DNA of 64,000 nt from Deltaproteobacteria bacterium (GTDB lineage: Bacteria; Myxococcota; Myxococcia; SLRQ01), in assembly GCA_029210625.1 (NCBI GenBank), contig JARGFU010000014.1, positions 50,956-114,955 on the forward strand, in the 5' to 3' direction. How positions within the stretch are numbered: the stretch's first letter is position 1; each line of letters begins with the position of its first letter. Of the stretch, positions 46,120 to 56,785 are shown one piece after another. The notes under the pieces are model-generated. The model was not told where the DNA came from. It ran no database searches and was given only the letters and a program-made list of their open reading frames with translations. The translations under genes and the position numbers were made by a program.

Positions 46120-46374
46120 GATGAACCTCGCTGGTTGATTTCTCTAGTAATATTGAGAGCTTGTATGCCCGGATCGATCGATCCGCGCTGGCACCCTAGA
46201 CCGCCCGTTCGGAGGGGTCAAGACACCCTGCCGCGGCGCGTCAGGTCCCCCCCACCCCGCGGTCTGCCCGGCCGTGGCGGTCGCTTGACAGGGATCGAGC
46301 GTGCACCGGACACTGAGCCCTCAAGATCGGCCGTACCCACGTCGAGGAGGGAAGGGAGGCCGGAGCGAGCGCGC

Positions 46375-46441
46375 GGGCTCCGTTTCGTGACGGAGCCGGC
46401 CCGGTGATGCTCCGTTCGGCCCGGAGCCTCCGATCACCGGG
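46375..46441 (+). promoter_or_regulatory. Structured 5' leader: two related hairpins, one nested in a longer stem
   Basis: GGCTCCGT-ttcgtg-ACGGAGCC (46376-46397). CCCGGTGAT (46400-46408) pairs with ATCACCGGG (46433-46441), enclosing GCTCCG-ttcggcc-CGGAGC. Ends 7 nt before ATG 46449. Confidence 0.3.
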
Positions 46442-46448
46442 AGTGCAA

Positions 46449-49400
46449 ATGAACAGGCTCGCAGCCCCCCTTCTCGCCACCACCTTCCTCACCGCCCTCG
46501 TGGCCCTCACCGGCTGCCCGGGGGGCGGAGGGGGCGACACCCCGACCATCACGGTGACGGCGGCCCCCCTGACGGTGCTCGCGGACGGCGTCAACACGGT
46601 CACGATCAACGTCTCGGCGGCGATGGAGAACGGTGACCCGGCCACGGGCCTCCTGGTCCTCACCACCGACCGGGGCAGCCTCGATGGGGGCGGCAAGAGC
46701 CTGACGGCCACCCTCGCGAACGGCACCATCCCGCCGGTGGTCCTCACCACCTGCAACAGCTTCACCGACGCGAGCTGCGCCGGGACGGCGCGGGTGCGCG
46801 CGGCCATCGGCCCAGTCTCGAGCACCGCCTCGATCGTCTTCGAGGAGTGGCGCCGGGAGGTGAACTGCGAGGACACGATCGACGACGACGAGGACGGCCT
46901 CACCGACTGCGCCGACACCGACGACTGCGCCGACGGCCTGGCGCTCACCAACGGCATGGTCTGCAGCGGCGGCGCGAACGTCTGCCAGCCCACCGACGCC
47001 GGCGGCAACGTCGTGGCGGCCGAGACCACCGAGGCCACCTGCGGCGACGGCGTGGACAACGACTGCGACGGGGTCGCGGACTGCGACGACTCCGACTGCG
47101 AGGCCCGGGCCTGCTCGGCCAACGACGAGATCTGCACCGCCGGCTCCTGCGCCTGCTCCAACAGCGGGGTCGAGGCCTCCACGGTGGGTGACTGCTACGA
47201 CGGCATCGACAACGACTGCGACGGCCTCGTCGACGGCCAGGATCCGGACTGCCTCGGCCGCGCCTGCAGCGTCAGCGGTCAGCGCTGGGGCGATCCCGCG
47301 GGCACCGGCACCGTCACCTGCGACTGCTATCAGGATCAGGACCCCGAGGCCGCCTGCCAGGACGGCTTCGACAACGACTGCGACGGCGTCGCCGACTGCG
47401 CCGACTCGGACTGCGACATGGCGGCCTGCGACGATGCCGCCCAGGCCCCGAACGACGTGGGCCTGACCTGCGGCTTCGCGGTGGCGGACTGCGTCTGCGC
47501 CACCGACCCGCTGGGCACCGGCATCGAGGCCGCCTGCAACGACGGCGTGGACAACGACTGCGACGGCCTCACCGACTGCGAGGACGCGGTGAACTGCACC
47601 GGCCAGGCCTGCGCCGCCAACGGCATGGTCTGCGACACCTCCTCCCCTTCCGTCTGCGCCTGCCCGGGCGGGACCGTCGAGGCCAACTGCGGGGACAGCG
47701 CCGACAACGACTGCGACGGCCTCTACGACTGCGAGGACCCCGACTGCCAGCCCAAGACGAGCCCGGTCACCCCCGGTCAGGTCTGCGGCGCGAACGGCCT
47801 CACCTGCAACGCGCTGGGCGCGTGCGCCTGCCCCGGCGGTGAGATCTCCGAGACCACCTGCAACGACAACAACGACAACGACTGCGACGGCCTGCGCGAC
47901 TGCGCCGACCCGAACTGCGACATCCTCACCTGCGCCGGCTGCGGAGCCCCCGGCGGCTGCATCTGCGACGCCGCCACCACGGCCTGCGTGGCCGACCCCG
48001 GCCTGAACCGCCTGACCTTCACGGCCAACAAGAACCGGGTCATCGCGGCCTACGCCGGTGCCACCCCTGCCGTCGAGGTGACCCTCACCGCCATCGTCGA
48101 GGACAACGGCGGCCCCGTCTCCGGCTACAGCGTCGACTTCAGCGTGCCCCAGGGCACCCTCTTCGAGTCGGGCACCTCCCTCTACACCGGCACCACCGAC
48201 GCCAACGGGCAGGTGATCGTCCACTGGCGCCCCGAGAACCAGGTCGGCAAGCTGGTCGCCGCCGAGGCCACCATCGTCACCGATCCCGGCACCGGCTCGA
48301 CCACCACCAAGCAGGTGCTGGTCGACGTCATCGGCCTCGACAACGTCCTGGTGGAGGACGTGCAGTTCACCACCATGGGCGCCCGGGACTCCGGCTGGCA
48401 GGAGACCAACGACATCTCCTTCCGGGTGCTGGGCACCAACGGCACGGACACCGGGCTGACCATCCCCGACGGGGTGCCCGTGAACTTCACCCTCTCCAAC
48501 ACCGGCGCGGGCGGCCTCACCCTGACCCAGTTCACCGGCTCGACCGTCTCCGGCCTGGTCAACACCACCGCCATCTCGGGGACCCAGGCCGTGCCCTTCA
48601 CGGTGACCGCCACCGTGAGCATCGTCGGGAACACCGACACCGCCACCACCGGGACGATCAACATCGTCGGCGCCAAGCCGAACTATCAGGGCTTCACCTT
48701 CTCCTGCGCCAAGAAGAACGTGAACGGCCTGGGCGACTTCCCCAACGACTCGAACTTCTCCTCCACCAACGTCACGGTCTCGGTGGCCTGCTCGGTGAAC
48801 GTCTCCGACCGCTGGAACAACCCGGTGGCCGCGGCGGCGGGCGTCTCGGTCCTCTTCACCACCGAGGCGGGCACCATCGAGACCAACAAGGCGGTGACCA
48901 ACGGCACGGCCTCCACGTCCTTCCGGACCACGGGCGGCCTCCCCTTCGACACCAGCCCCATCGCCAACGAGCCGAACTGGAGCCACACCTTCAACTCGGT
49001 CACCAAGGTCCGCAACCCGCGGGACGGCTTCTACACCCTCATCGCCTACGTGACCGGTGAGGAGGCCTTCACCGACGCCAACGGCAACGCCGTCTACGAC
49101 GCCGGCGAGCAGTGGATCGACCTCGGCGAGCCCTTCGTCGACCGGGACGACAGCGGCGCCTGGGAGACGGGCGAGTTCTTCTTCGACAGCAACACCAACG
49201 GCAGCTACGACGGCCCGAACGGAACCTGGGACGCCCAGACCACCATCTGGGACGAGACCCGGATCGTGGTCAGCGGCTGCTGCGGCGACGAGGGCGTGCC
49301 CGGCCTCGGCTTCCAGAGCAACTTCGGGGACATCGCCGACGGCGGGAACTCCACCTCCCTGCTGCGGGTCTCCGACATCAACATGAACCCGATGGCGGGC

Positions 49401-49811
49401 GGCACCGCCCTCACCGTGGGTCCGGTCACCCCGAGCCCCCTCTCCCGCGCCGAGTTCCCCGACGGCGCCGTGAACCGCTCCATCCCCGACGTCTGGGGCA
49501 TGGCCTGGGTCGAGAGCACCGACTGCAGCGCCGCACCCCAGTGCGTCCACGCCACCTCGATCTCCTTCCCGCCCTCGTCGGGCTACGGCTACGAGGTGAA
49601 CGTCACTGCCCGGGACGGCACGGCCAACAACGGCAACTGCAAGCCGATCACCGCCCCCACCTGCACCCAGGCGGGCGCGGTCTGCGTCGACACCGGCACC
49701 GTCGGGGACGACATCGGCGAGTGCCAGGTGCAGCAGGCCTTCACCGTCCGGGCCCAGGCCGGCCCCTGCAGCCCCCTCTCGATCTACACGGCGACCGGCA
49801 CCGTCGACTGA
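46449..49811 (+). CDS. Large lipoprotein with seven Cys-rich DNDCDG modules and Ig-like (Big) domains
   Basis: [23 protein letters not shown] lipobox. Repeats of the CxDGxDNDCDGxxDCxDxDC type. Downstream, invasin/Big-like segments. Confidence 0.8.
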   Translation: MNRLAAPLLATTFLTALVALTGCPGGGGGDTPTITVTAAPLTVLADGVNTVTINVSAAMENGDPATGLLVLTTDRGSLDGGGKSLTATLANGTIPPVVLTTCNSFTDASCAGTARVRAAIGPVSSTASIVFEEWRREVNCEDTIDDDEDGLTDCADTDDCADGLALTNGMVCSGGANVCQPTDAGGNVVAAETTEATCGDGVDNDCDGVADCDDSDCEARACSANDEICTAGSCACSNSGVEASTVGDCYDGIDNDCDGLVDGQDPDCLGRACSVSGQRWGDPAGTGTVTCDCYQDQDPEAACQDGFDNDCDGVADCADSDCDMAACDDAAQAPNDVGLTCGFAVADCVCATDPLGTGIEAACNDGVDNDCDGLTDCEDAVNCTGQACAANGMVCDTSSPSVCACPGGTVEANCGDSADNDCDGLYDCEDPDCQPKTSPVTPGQVCGANGLTCNALGACACPGGEISETTCNDNNDNDCDGLRDCADPNCDILTCAGCGAPGGCICDAATTACVADPGLNRLTFTANKNRVIAAYAGATPAVEVTLTAIVEDNGGPVSGYSVDFSVPQGTLFESGTSLYTGTTDANGQVIVHWRPENQVGKLVAAEATIVTDPGTGSTTTKQVLVDVIGLDNVLVEDVQFTTMGARDSGWQETNDISFRVLGTNGTDTGLTIPDGVPVNFTLSNTGAGGLTLTQFTGSTVSGLVNTTAISGTQAVPFTVTATVSIVGNTDTATTGTINIVGAKPNYQGFTFSCAKKNVNGLGDFPNDSNFSSTNVTVSVACSVNVSDRWNNPVAAAAGVSVLFTTEAGTIETNKAVTNGTASTSFRTTGGLPFDTSPIANEPNWSHTFNSVTKVRNPRDGFYTLIAYVTGEEAFTDANGNAVYDAGEQWIDLGEPFVDRDDSGAWETGEFFFDSNTNGSYDGPNGTWDAQTTIWDETRIVVSGCCGDEGVPGLGFQSNFGDIADGGNSTSLLRVSDINMNPMAGGTALTVGPVTPSPLSRAEFPDGAVNRSIPDVWGMAWVESTDCSAAPQCVHATSISFPPSSGYGYEVNVTARDGTANNGNCKPITAPTCTQAGAVCVDTGTVGDDIGECQVQQAFTVRAQAGPCSPLSIYTATGTVD
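46865..47935 (+). repeat. Seven tandem coding modules (about 150 bp each) of the Cys-rich DNDCDG type
   Basis: [21 protein letters not shown]; [20 protein letters not shown]; [20 protein letters not shown]; [20 protein letters not shown]; [21 protein letters not shown]; [20 protein letters not shown]; [20 protein letters not shown]. Confidence 0.85.
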
Positions 49812-49857
49812 CGACGGGCCGGCCGCGGCCGCCCTCCCCCGCGTCGCCTCGCGAGCC

Positions 49858-50502
49858 CTACCGCTGCGAGGCGGCGTGGTCAGCCAGGAACTTCTCCAGG
49901 CCGCTCACGGTGAGGGGGTGGTGCGCCAGCTGCTGGATCACCTTGTAGGGGATCGTCGAGACGTCGGCGCCCATCCGGGCCGCCTCGAGGACGTGGACCG
50001 GGTGGCGCACGCTGGCCACCAGCACCTCGGTCTCGAAGGCGTAGTTCTGGAAGATCGTCACGATGTCGGCGATGAGCGCCATGCCGTCGGTGGAGATGTC
50101 GTCGAGGCGGCCGACGAAGGGCGAGACGTAGGTCGCGCCGGCCTTGGCGGCGAGCAGGGCCTGCACCGGGTGGAAGCAGAGGGTGACGTTGGTCTTGATG
50201 CCCTCGTCGGTCAGGGTGCGGGTCGCGGTGAGGCCGTCGACGGTCAGGGGGAGCTTCACCACCACGTTGGGAGCCAGGGCCGCGACCTTGCGGGCCTCCT
50301 CGATCATCTCCGGCGCCGTGGTCGAGAGGCACTCGGCCGAGACCGGCCCGGGGACGGTCTCGCAGATCTCCTTGATGACCTCCTCGAAGGAGCGGCCGGT
50401 CTTGGCGATCAGGCTCGGGTTGGTGGTCACACCGTCGAGGAGCCCCATGGCGGCGGCGCTGCGGATCTCGTCGATGTCGGCGGTATCGATGAAGAGCTTC
50501 AT
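49858..50502 (-). CDS. fsa: Fructose-6-phosphate aldolase / transaldolase (TalC-FSA family)
   Basis: [14 protein letters not shown]...GVTTNPSL...VVVKLPLT...[12 protein letters not shown] 50502 verified; the track start at 50619 is rejected. Confidence 0.85.
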   Translation of the reverse strand: MKLFIDTADIDEIRSAAAMGLLDGVTTNPSLIAKTGRSFEEVIKEICETVPGPVSAECLSTTAPEMIEEARKVAALAPNVVVKLPLTVDGLTATRTLTDEGIKTNVTLCFHPVQALLAAKAGATYVSPFVGRLDDISTDGMALIADIVTIFQNYAFETEVLVASVRHPVHVLEAARMGADVSTIPYKVIQQLAHHPLTVSGLEKFLADHAASQR

Positions 50503-50627
50503 GGGGGTCCTCTCTCGCGGGGGTCGGGGGGTGGGTCTTCGGGCGCGCAATGTGATGGCAGCCGCGCCATCGGTCAACCTCGACGTCCGGGTGGCCCTTT
50601 CGGCCCCCATGAGCGACATTCTGACCC

Positions 50628-51632
50628 ATGAGTTCCGACCCCGAGCGCGTCTCTCCGGATCCCGGTGATCGGGTGCGCTACGCCGAGCAGGTGCTGCGCA
50701 CCGAGTCCGAGGTGATCGGCGCGGTCATCGGCGAGCTCGACGAGAGCTTCGACGCGGTGGTGGACGTCATCCTGGCCTGCGAGGGCCGGGTGGTGGTCGC
50801 CGGGATGGGCAAGCCGGGCTTCGTGGCCCAGAAGCTCTCGGCCACCCTGGCCTCCACCGGCACCCCCTCGCTCTACCTCCACCCCGCCGAGGCCCTCCAC
50901 GGGGACCTCGGGCGGGTGGTGCCCGCCGACGTCCTGCTGATCCTCTCCCACTCCGGCGAGACCGACGAGGCGCTGCAGCTCCTGCGGGCGGTGCGCCGGG
51001 TGGGCATCGTCGCGGTGGTCGCCCTCACCGGCGAGCGGAGCTCGACGCTGGCCCGCGGCGCCGATCACGTCCTCTCCATCGGCCGGGTCTCGGAGGCCTG
51101 CCCCCTGGGCCTGGCCCCCACCGCCTCGTCGATCGCCCTGCTCGCGCTGGCGGACGCCCTCGCGATGACGGTGCTCGAGGCGCGGGGCTTCGATCGCGAG
51201 GCCTACGCTCGCCTCCACCCGGGCGGCAGCCTCGGCCGCAAGCTGATGAAGGTCGAGGAGATCATGCGGCAGGGAGAGGCCCTGCCCCTGGTCGACGCGA
51301 GCGCCCCCCTCTCCGCCGCCCTCGGGGTGATGACCCGCACCCCGGGCCGCCCGGGCGCCGCCCTGATCGTCGGCGAGGACGGACGCCTCGCGGGGATCTT
51401 CACCGACGGCGATCTGCGCCGCCTGGTCGAGGCCGGCGAGGTCGACTTCGAGCGGCCGGTGGCCGCGGTGATGGGGGCCCACCCCCGCTGCACCAGCCCC
51501 GGGGCGCCGGTGGAGGAGGCCGCGGCCCTCCTCTCGGAGGCGAGGGTGGATCAGCTGCCGGTCACCGACGCCGAGGGGAGGCCGGTCGGCCTCCTCGACG
51601 TGCAGGATCTCCTCGCGGCCCGGATCCTCTGA
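50628..51632 (+). CDS. kdsD: KpsF/GutQ-family arabinose-5-phosphate isomerase (SIS + 2 CBS domains)
   Basis: [43 protein letters not shown]; C-terminal CBS pair. Confidence 0.8.
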   Translation: MSSDPERVSPDPGDRVRYAEQVLRTESEVIGAVIGELDESFDAVVDVILACEGRVVVAGMGKPGFVAQKLSATLASTGTPSLYLHPAEALHGDLGRVVPADVLLILSHSGETDEALQLLRAVRRVGIVAVVALTGERSSTLARGADHVLSIGRVSEACPLGLAPTASSIALLALADALAMTVLEARGFDREAYARLHPGGSLGRKLMKVEEIMRQGEALPLVDASAPLSAALGVMTRTPGRPGAALIVGEDGRLAGIFTDGDLRRLVEAGEVDFERPVAAVMGAHPRCTSPGAPVEEAAALLSEARVDQLPVTDAEGRPVGLLDVQDLLAARIL

Positions 51633-51652
51633 GGCGCCGGGCCGGCGGGCCG

Positions 51653-52921
51653 CTACTTCCCGCCCGCGAGCCGCTCGAGGCGCGCGTCGACGCCCGCCGC
51701 CGTGGCGTAGGCCGGGTCCGCCTTCTGCGCCTCCCGGTAATGGTTCCCGGCGGCCTCCAGGTCACCGCGCCGCTCGTGGAGGGTGCCGAGGACCTGCTGA
51801 GCCCGGGCGTTCGGGCCGAGGTCGAGGGCCGCCGCGGCCAGCTCCATCGCCTCCTTCGCGCGCGCCTCGTCGCCGGCGAGGGCCTGGGCCTTCAGCGACA
51901 TCGCGGCGCCGTGCGCGGGCGCCATCGCGAGGAACTGGTCACAGATGGCGATCGCGTCGGCGGGCCGCCCCTTCATCAGCAGCTTCACCACCTCGACCAG
52001 GGCCGGCGGGAGACCGGCGACGAGGGCGGGGGCGGGCTCGGCGCTGCCCTGCGGCGCGCCCCCGGGGACCTTGCCTCCCTGGCGGGCCGCGGCGGCGGCG
52101 GCGGCGTCCATCGGCGGGTGCCCCGCCGGCAGGCCGCTCAGGTTCATCATCGAGTCGAGCGCGCCGCGGACCTGCGCCGCGCGGGGGTGATCCGGCGCGA
52201 GCTCCAGGAAGTGCTGCCAGGCCTTCACCGCCTTCTCGCCGACGCTCTTGCCCGGGCCGCCCTGGCGGTTGTTGAAGACCACCGCGCCGTAGAGGAAGTT
52301 GGCCTCGGCCATGTCGGGGGCGATCTGCAGGGCTCGGTCGATGTCGGCCAGGCCCCGCTCGACCTGCTCCAGCACGGCCCAGCTGCTGCCGCGGCGGGCG
52401 TAGGCCGCGGCCACCGGCTGGAGCGCCGCCCGGTAGCAGGCCAGCGCCCGCTCCGGGGGACCCTCACGCCTCAGACCCTCGGCGACGTTCACCGAGCGCT
52501 CGAAGCCCTTGGCCTCCGCGCGGGAGGCGCAGATGCCCGGGAGCTCCCCGGCGTAGGGCTCGCGATCACCGACCTCGCCGGCGAGGGCGTCGAAGGCCTC
52601 GAGGGCCGGCGCGGCCTTCTCGATGGCCTGCCGGTACCAGTCGATCGCCTCGGGGTAGCGGCCGTTCTCGTAGTAGAGGGAGCCGAGGGAGGCGAGGATG
52701 CCCACCGGGTTCTCCAGCCCCTCGAGCTCGGCCTTGCGCTCCTCGACCTGCTTGAGCTGCTCGGCCCGCGGACCACCGGCGGCGACGCCGCCCCCCTGCA
52801 CCAGGGCGGGCTCCCGGGGCACGACCTCCGGCGCCTCGCAGCCGGCCAGCAGGGCGAGGAAGAGGATCGACGAGACGACTCGAGCGGTGTTCGGTGCGAT
52901 CACGGTCTGGCTTCCTATCAT
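51653..52921 (-). CDS. TPR-repeat lipoprotein
   Basis: LFLALLAGC lipobox. Multiple TPR-like units (LGSLYYENGRYPEAIDWYRQAIE, etc.). Confidence 0.7.
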   Translation of the reverse strand: MIGSQTVIAPNTARVVSSILFLALLAGCEAPEVVPREPALVQGGGVAAGGPRAEQLKQVEERKAELEGLENPVGILASLGSLYYENGRYPEAIDWYRQAIEKAAPALEAFDALAGEVGDREPYAGELPGICASRAEAKGFERSVNVAEGLRREGPPERALACYRAALQPVAAAYARRGSSWAVLEQVERGLADIDRALQIAPDMAEANFLYGAVVFNNRQGGPGKSVGEKAVKAWQHFLELAPDHPRAAQVRGALDSMMNLSGLPAGHPPMDAAAAAAARQGGKVPGGAPQGSAEPAPALVAGLPPALVEVVKLLMKGRPADAIAICDQFLAMAPAHGAAMSLKAQALAGDEARAKEAMELAAAALDLGPNARAQQVLGTLHERRGDLEAAGNHYREAQKADPAYATAAGVDARLERLAGGK

Positions 52922-52938
52922 CGGCGGGGGCGGGCTCG

Positions 52939-53847
52939 CTACTCACCACCCGCCGGAGCCGGGCGGGCGGCGCCCTGGTGGGCCACGGCGACGCCGGAGA
53001 GGACGATGGCGGCGCCCGCGATCTGCGACCAGCCGATGGGCTCGGCCAGGAGCAGGGCGCCCCAGAGGATGGAGAGGACCGGCTGCAGCAGGAGGGTGAC
53101 CGAGGTCAGCGCCGCCGGGATGCGGTGGATGGAGGAGGCCAGGAGCAGCCAGCCCCCGACGTGGGAGCCCAGGGCCAGGCAGAGGAGCCAGAGGTTCGCC
53201 TCGAGGCCCTCCGGCACCGCGGCGACGCCGTCGACCACCGCCCCGATGCCGGTGACCAGCGCGGCCCCGAAGGTCAGCGAGGCGACCACGGCGAGGGTCG
53301 AGAGGGCCGGCCGGCGCAGACGGGCCCACCGCAGGGTCAGGAGGTAGGCGGTGTAGAAGAGCGCGGTGACCACGCCGAGGAGGACGCCGAGGGGGACCGA
53401 GGCGCCCTGCGCCACCGGGCGCCCCACCACCCCCAGCAGCCAGACCCCGGCGAAGACCACCGGCACGCCGAGCCAGAAGAGGAGGCGCGGCCGCTCGCGG
53501 AAGACGAAGATGCCCAGGATCCCCACGCCGACCAGCTGCAGGTTGGGCAGCACGGTGGCCAGGCCGGCGCCGATGCGGACGATGGAGCCGTGCCAGGCCA
53601 GGAAGTCCGCGCCCAGGAGCATCCCCGCGACGAGGGTGCCCGGGAAGAAGAGATCGGCGAGCCGCTCGCGGCGCGCGAGCGCCACGATCGCGAGGAAGAT
53701 CGCCGCGTAGCCGGTGCGCCAGAAGGCGGACTGCACCGCCGGGACCTCCGAGAGGCGCACGAAGATCGCCGAGAAGGAGATGCAGAGCACGCCGGTCCAG
53801 GCGCGCAGGAGGACGCCCCGCAGCTCACCCGCAGCCAGGGGGCTCAT
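52939..53847 (-). CDS. EamA/DMT-family transporter
   Basis: Ten predicted hydrophobic segments. Only the last 909 nt of the 575-aa track ORF are used. ATG 53847 overlaps the folK stop (ATGA). Confidence 0.7.
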   Translation of the reverse strand: MSPLAAGELRGVLLRAWTGVLCISFSAIFVRLSEVPAVQSAFWRTGYAAIFLAIVALARRERLADLFFPGTLVAGMLLGADFLAWHGSIVRIGAGLATVLPNLQLVGVGILGIFVFRERPRLLFWLGVPVVFAGVWLLGVVGRPVAQGASVPLGVLLGVVTALFYTAYLLTLRWARLRRPALSTLAVVASLTFGAALVTGIGAVVDGVAAVPEGLEANLWLLCLALGSHVGGWLLLASSIHRIPAALTSVTLLLQPVLSILWGALLLAEPIGWSQIAGAAIVLSGVAVAHQGAARPAPAGGE

Positions 53848-54257
53848 CCCTCCTCCAGGGCGTCGAGGAGGGGGCGCAGGTAGCCCCGCCCGAGGCCGGG
53901 GTGGGGCAGCCGCAGGTGCGCGTCCAGGTGCCGCCGCTCGTCGTAGGCGAGGAGATCGAGATCGAGGATCCGGGGCCCCCAGCGCCGGTGGTGTGCGCGG
54001 CGGCCGAGGCGCCGCTCGATGGCCTGGAGCAGGGCCAGCAGGGTCGGCGCCGGGAGCGAGGTGCGCAGGCGCAGGAGCTGGTTGGCGAAGACCGGCTGGG
54101 TGGGGCCGAGGGCCGCGCTGCGCTCGACCGGGGACGCGGCCAGGAGGGTGACGCCGGGCTCCCGCGCGAGGGCCTGCCGGGCGGCCTCGAAGATCCGCTC
54201 GGCCGGGCCGAGGTTCGAGCCCAGGGAGAGCAGGGCCGTCCGCTCGACCCCCGTCAT
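53844..54257 (-). CDS. folK: 2-amino-4-hydroxy-6-hydroxymethyldihydropteridine diphosphokinase
   Basis: LSLGSNLG...QPVFANQLLRL...IERRLGR...WGPRILDLDLL. Confidence 0.8.
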   Translation of the reverse strand: MTGVERTALLSLGSNLGPAERIFEAARQALAREPGVTLLAASPVERSAALGPTQPVFANQLLRLRTSLPAPTLLALLQAIERRLGRRAHHRRWGPRILDLDLLAYDERRHLDAHLRLPHPGLGRGYLRPLLDALEEG

Positions 54258-55043
54258 CTAGCGGGCCCGGTCGACGACCGGGTTCTCCAGCACCCCGACC
54301 CCCTCGACCTCGACCTCGACCCGGTCGCCGGCGACGATCGGCCCGACGCCGGGCGGCGTGCCGGTGAGGAGGAGGTCGCCGGGCTCGAGGGTCATCACCT
54401 GGGCCACGAAGTGGAGGAGGTGACGCACGTCGAAGATCAGCTGGCCGGTGTGCCCCTCCTGGCGCAGCTCGCCGTTCACCCGGCAACGCACGGCCCGCCG
54501 GGCCAGCGGATCCTCTCCGGTGACCAGCTCGGGTCCCAGGGCACAGAAGGTGTCGAAGCCCTTGGCCCGGGTGAACTTCCCCTCCCGCTTCTGCAGGGCG
54601 CGGGCGGTCACGTCGTTGGCGGCGCAGAGGGCGAAGGCCGCCTCGAGCGCCTCCGCGGGCGTGCACCCCGGCCCCAGCCGCCGCCCGACGACCACCGCCA
54701 GCTCGCTCTCGTGGTGCACCTCACCCACGCCGGGGGGCAGCTCGATGGCGCCGCCGGGGCCCACCACGCTGCTCGGGGGCTTGAGGAAGAGGAGGGGCTC
54801 CGCGGGGACCTCGTTGCCCAGCTCGGCGGCGTGGGCGGCGTAGTTGCGGCCCACGCAGACGATCTTGGTGGGGGTGGCGGGCGCCAGCAGCGCGAGCCCG
54901 GCGCGGTCGCGGGGCTCGCCCGCCGGGGCGCCTCCGGCCCAGGGGGCGGCGTCGAGGGGCTGCACCCTCCCCTCCTCCAGCCGCCCCCAGCGCGGCGCGT
55001 CCCCGTCCAGGAAGCGGAGGTAGCGGGCGCTCGAGGTGCTCAT
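54258..55043 (-). CDS. Fumarylacetoacetate hydrolase (FAH) family protein
   Basis: KIVCVGRNYAAHAAELGNEVPAEPLLFLKP...HHESELAVVVG...TGTPPGVG. ATG 55043 verified. Confidence 0.8.
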   Translation of the reverse strand: MSTSSARYLRFLDGDAPRWGRLEEGRVQPLDAAPWAGGAPAGEPRDRAGLALLAPATPTKIVCVGRNYAAHAAELGNEVPAEPLLFLKPPSSVVGPGGAIELPPGVGEVHHESELAVVVGRRLGPGCTPAEALEAAFALCAANDVTARALQKREGKFTRAKGFDTFCALGPELVTGEDPLARRAVRCRVNGELRQEGHTGQLIFDVRHLLHFVAQVMTLEPGDLLLTGTPPGVGPIVAGDRVEVEVEGVGVLENPVVDRAR

Positions 55044-55045
55044 GA

Positions 55046-55870
55046 TCAGCTCCCGAAGCCGAGGACCTCGGCCATCCCGTAGAGCCCGGCCGGCTGCTCG
55101 GCCACCCAACGGGCCGCGCGCACCGCGCCCCGGGCGAAGGTGTCCCGGGAGCCCGCCCGGTGGGTGATCTCCAGGCGGTCACCGTCCCCGAAGTAGTAGA
55201 CGGTGTGCTCGCCCACCACGTCGCTGCCGCGCAGGGCGTGGACCCCGATCTCGCGGCGCGGGCGCTCGCCCACGTTCCCCCGCCGGCCGAAGACGCCGAC
55301 CTGGCCGAACTCGCGGCCGAGGGCCTTCGCCACCACCTCGCCCAGGCGCAGGGCGGTGCCCGAGGGCGCGTCCTTCTTGCCCCGGTGGTGGGCCTCGAGG
55401 ATCTCGACGTCGTACTCGTCGCCGAGGACCTCGGCGGCGATCCGCGAGAGCGCGATCATCAGGTTCACGCTGGTGCTCATGTTGGGCGCCATCACCACCG
55501 GCACCTTCGTCGCGGCGGCCTCGACCGCCGCGCGGGTGGCGTCGTCGAAGCCGGTGGAGCCGACGACCAGGCCCAGGCCCCGCTCGGCGGCCACCGCGGC
55601 GTGCACCGCCGAGGCCTCGGCGGTGGTGAAGTCGATGATCACCCGCGCCCTCTCGCCGGCCGCGTCGAGGGCGTCGGTGAGGACGTCGTGGACCGGGATC
55701 TCGACCGCGCCGATGCCGGCGGCGAGGCCGGCGTCGAGGCCGACGTGGCTCGAGCCGGGGCGGTCGGTGGCCGCCACCAGGGCCACGCCCTCGATGTCGT
55801 GGAGGTGATGGATGATCCGGCCGCCCATCCGGCCGGTGGCGCCGGTGACGACCACGCCCAGCGTGCTCAT
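55046..55870 (-). CDS. dapB: 4-hydroxy-tetrahydrodipicolinate reductase
   Basis: VVVTGATGRMGG...EILEAHHRGKKDAPSGTAL. Confidence 0.9.
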   Translation of the reverse strand: MSTLGVVVTGATGRMGGRIIHHLHDIEGVALVAATDRPGSSHVGLDAGLAAGIGAVEIPVHDVLTDALDAAGERARVIIDFTTAEASAVHAAVAAERGLGLVVGSTGFDDATRAAVEAAATKVPVVMAPNMSTSVNLMIALSRIAAEVLGDEYDVEILEAHHRGKKDAPSGTALRLGEVVAKALGREFGQVGVFGRRGNVGERPRREIGVHALRGSDVVGEHTVYYFGDGDRLEITHRAGSRDTFARGAVRAARWVAEQPAGLYGMAEVLGFGS

Positions 55871-56748
55871 GCGGTCTCCTCCAGTGCGTCGTACGCCGCC
55901 CGCGCCGCGGCCAGGGTCTTCGCCGAGGCCGGCGCGAGGGGCGCCCGCAGGGTCGGGCCCATCCGGCCGAGCTCGGCCAGCAGCCCCTTCACCGGGATGG
56001 GGTTGGCCTCGAGGAAGAGGGTGCCGATCAGGGGCAGGAGCGCGGTCTGCAGCCGGCGGGCCTGCTCGAGCTCGCCGGCCTGGAAGGCCTTCACCAGGGC
56101 CACGGTCTGGCGCGGCGCCACGTTCGCGATCACCGAGATCACGCCGTCGCCGCCGCAGGCCAGGAAGGGCAGGATGGTGAAGTCGTCCCCCGAGAGGAGG
56201 GAGAAGTCGGGGCCGAGCTGATCCCGCAGCTCCATGGCCTTCTCCATGCTCCGGGAGGCGTCCTTGATGGCCACGACCCCCTCGAGGGCCGCCAGGCGGA
56301 CGATAACCTCCCGGCTCATGTCGGTGCCGGTGCGGCCGGGGACGTTGTAGAGCACCACCGGCAGGCCCACCTCGGCCACCGCCCGGTAGTGGAGCTCGAG
56401 GCCGTCGGCGTTGGGCTTGTTGTAGTAGGGGGTGACCACCAGGGCCGCCTCCACCCCCAGCGCCGCCACCTTCTCGGTGAGCTGCACGCTGCGGCGGGTG
56501 TCGTTCGAGCCGGTGCCGACGATCACCGGGACCCGGCCGTCGGCGGCGGCGGTCACCGTGCGCGTGATGGCGAGGGTCTCCTCCTCGTCCATCGTCGCGC
56601 CCTCGCCGGTGGTCCCGCAGGCCACCAGCCCGGTCACCCCCTCGTCGATCATCCAGCCACAGAACGTGGCGAGGGCGTCGTGATCGACGCTCCCGTCCCT
56701 TGCGAGGGGGGTGACGATGGCGGGCCAGACTCCTTCGAGCTTCTTCAT
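55867..56748 (-). CDS. dapA: 4-hydroxy-tetrahydrodipicolinate synthase
   Basis: VACGTTGEGATMDEEE...GSNDT...TPYYNKP...AIKDAS. Confidence 0.9.
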   Translation of the reverse strand: MKKLEGVWPAIVTPLARDGSVDHDALATFCGWMIDEGVTGLVACGTTGEGATMDEEETLAITRTVTAAADGRVPVIVGTGSNDTRRSVQLTEKVAALGVEAALVVTPYYNKPNADGLELHYRAVAEVGLPVVLYNVPGRTGTDMSREVIVRLAALEGVVAIKDASRSMEKAMELRDQLGPDFSLLSGDDFTILPFLACGGDGVISVIANVAPRQTVALVKAFQAGELEQARRLQTALLPLIGTLFLEANPIPVKGLLAELGRMGPTLRAPLAPASAKTLAAARAAYDALEETA

Positions 56749-56785
56749 CGCAGCGGACCTCTTCGTTCCTTCGGGGGCCCTGGTT

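Noticed and set aside
46284-46330. A perfect TTGACA as the -35 of a promoter for the 46449 lipoprotein gene.
   Set aside because: No acceptable -10 hexamer lies 16-19 nt downstream (GGACAC / CACTGA). It cannot be supported without transcription start site data.
52939-54666. The 575-aa minus-strand ORF taken as one gene.
   Set aside because: The N-terminal ~270 aa are low-complexity Arg/Pro/Gly read-through overlapping folK and the FAH gene in other frames. The real DMT transporter starts at ATG 53847.
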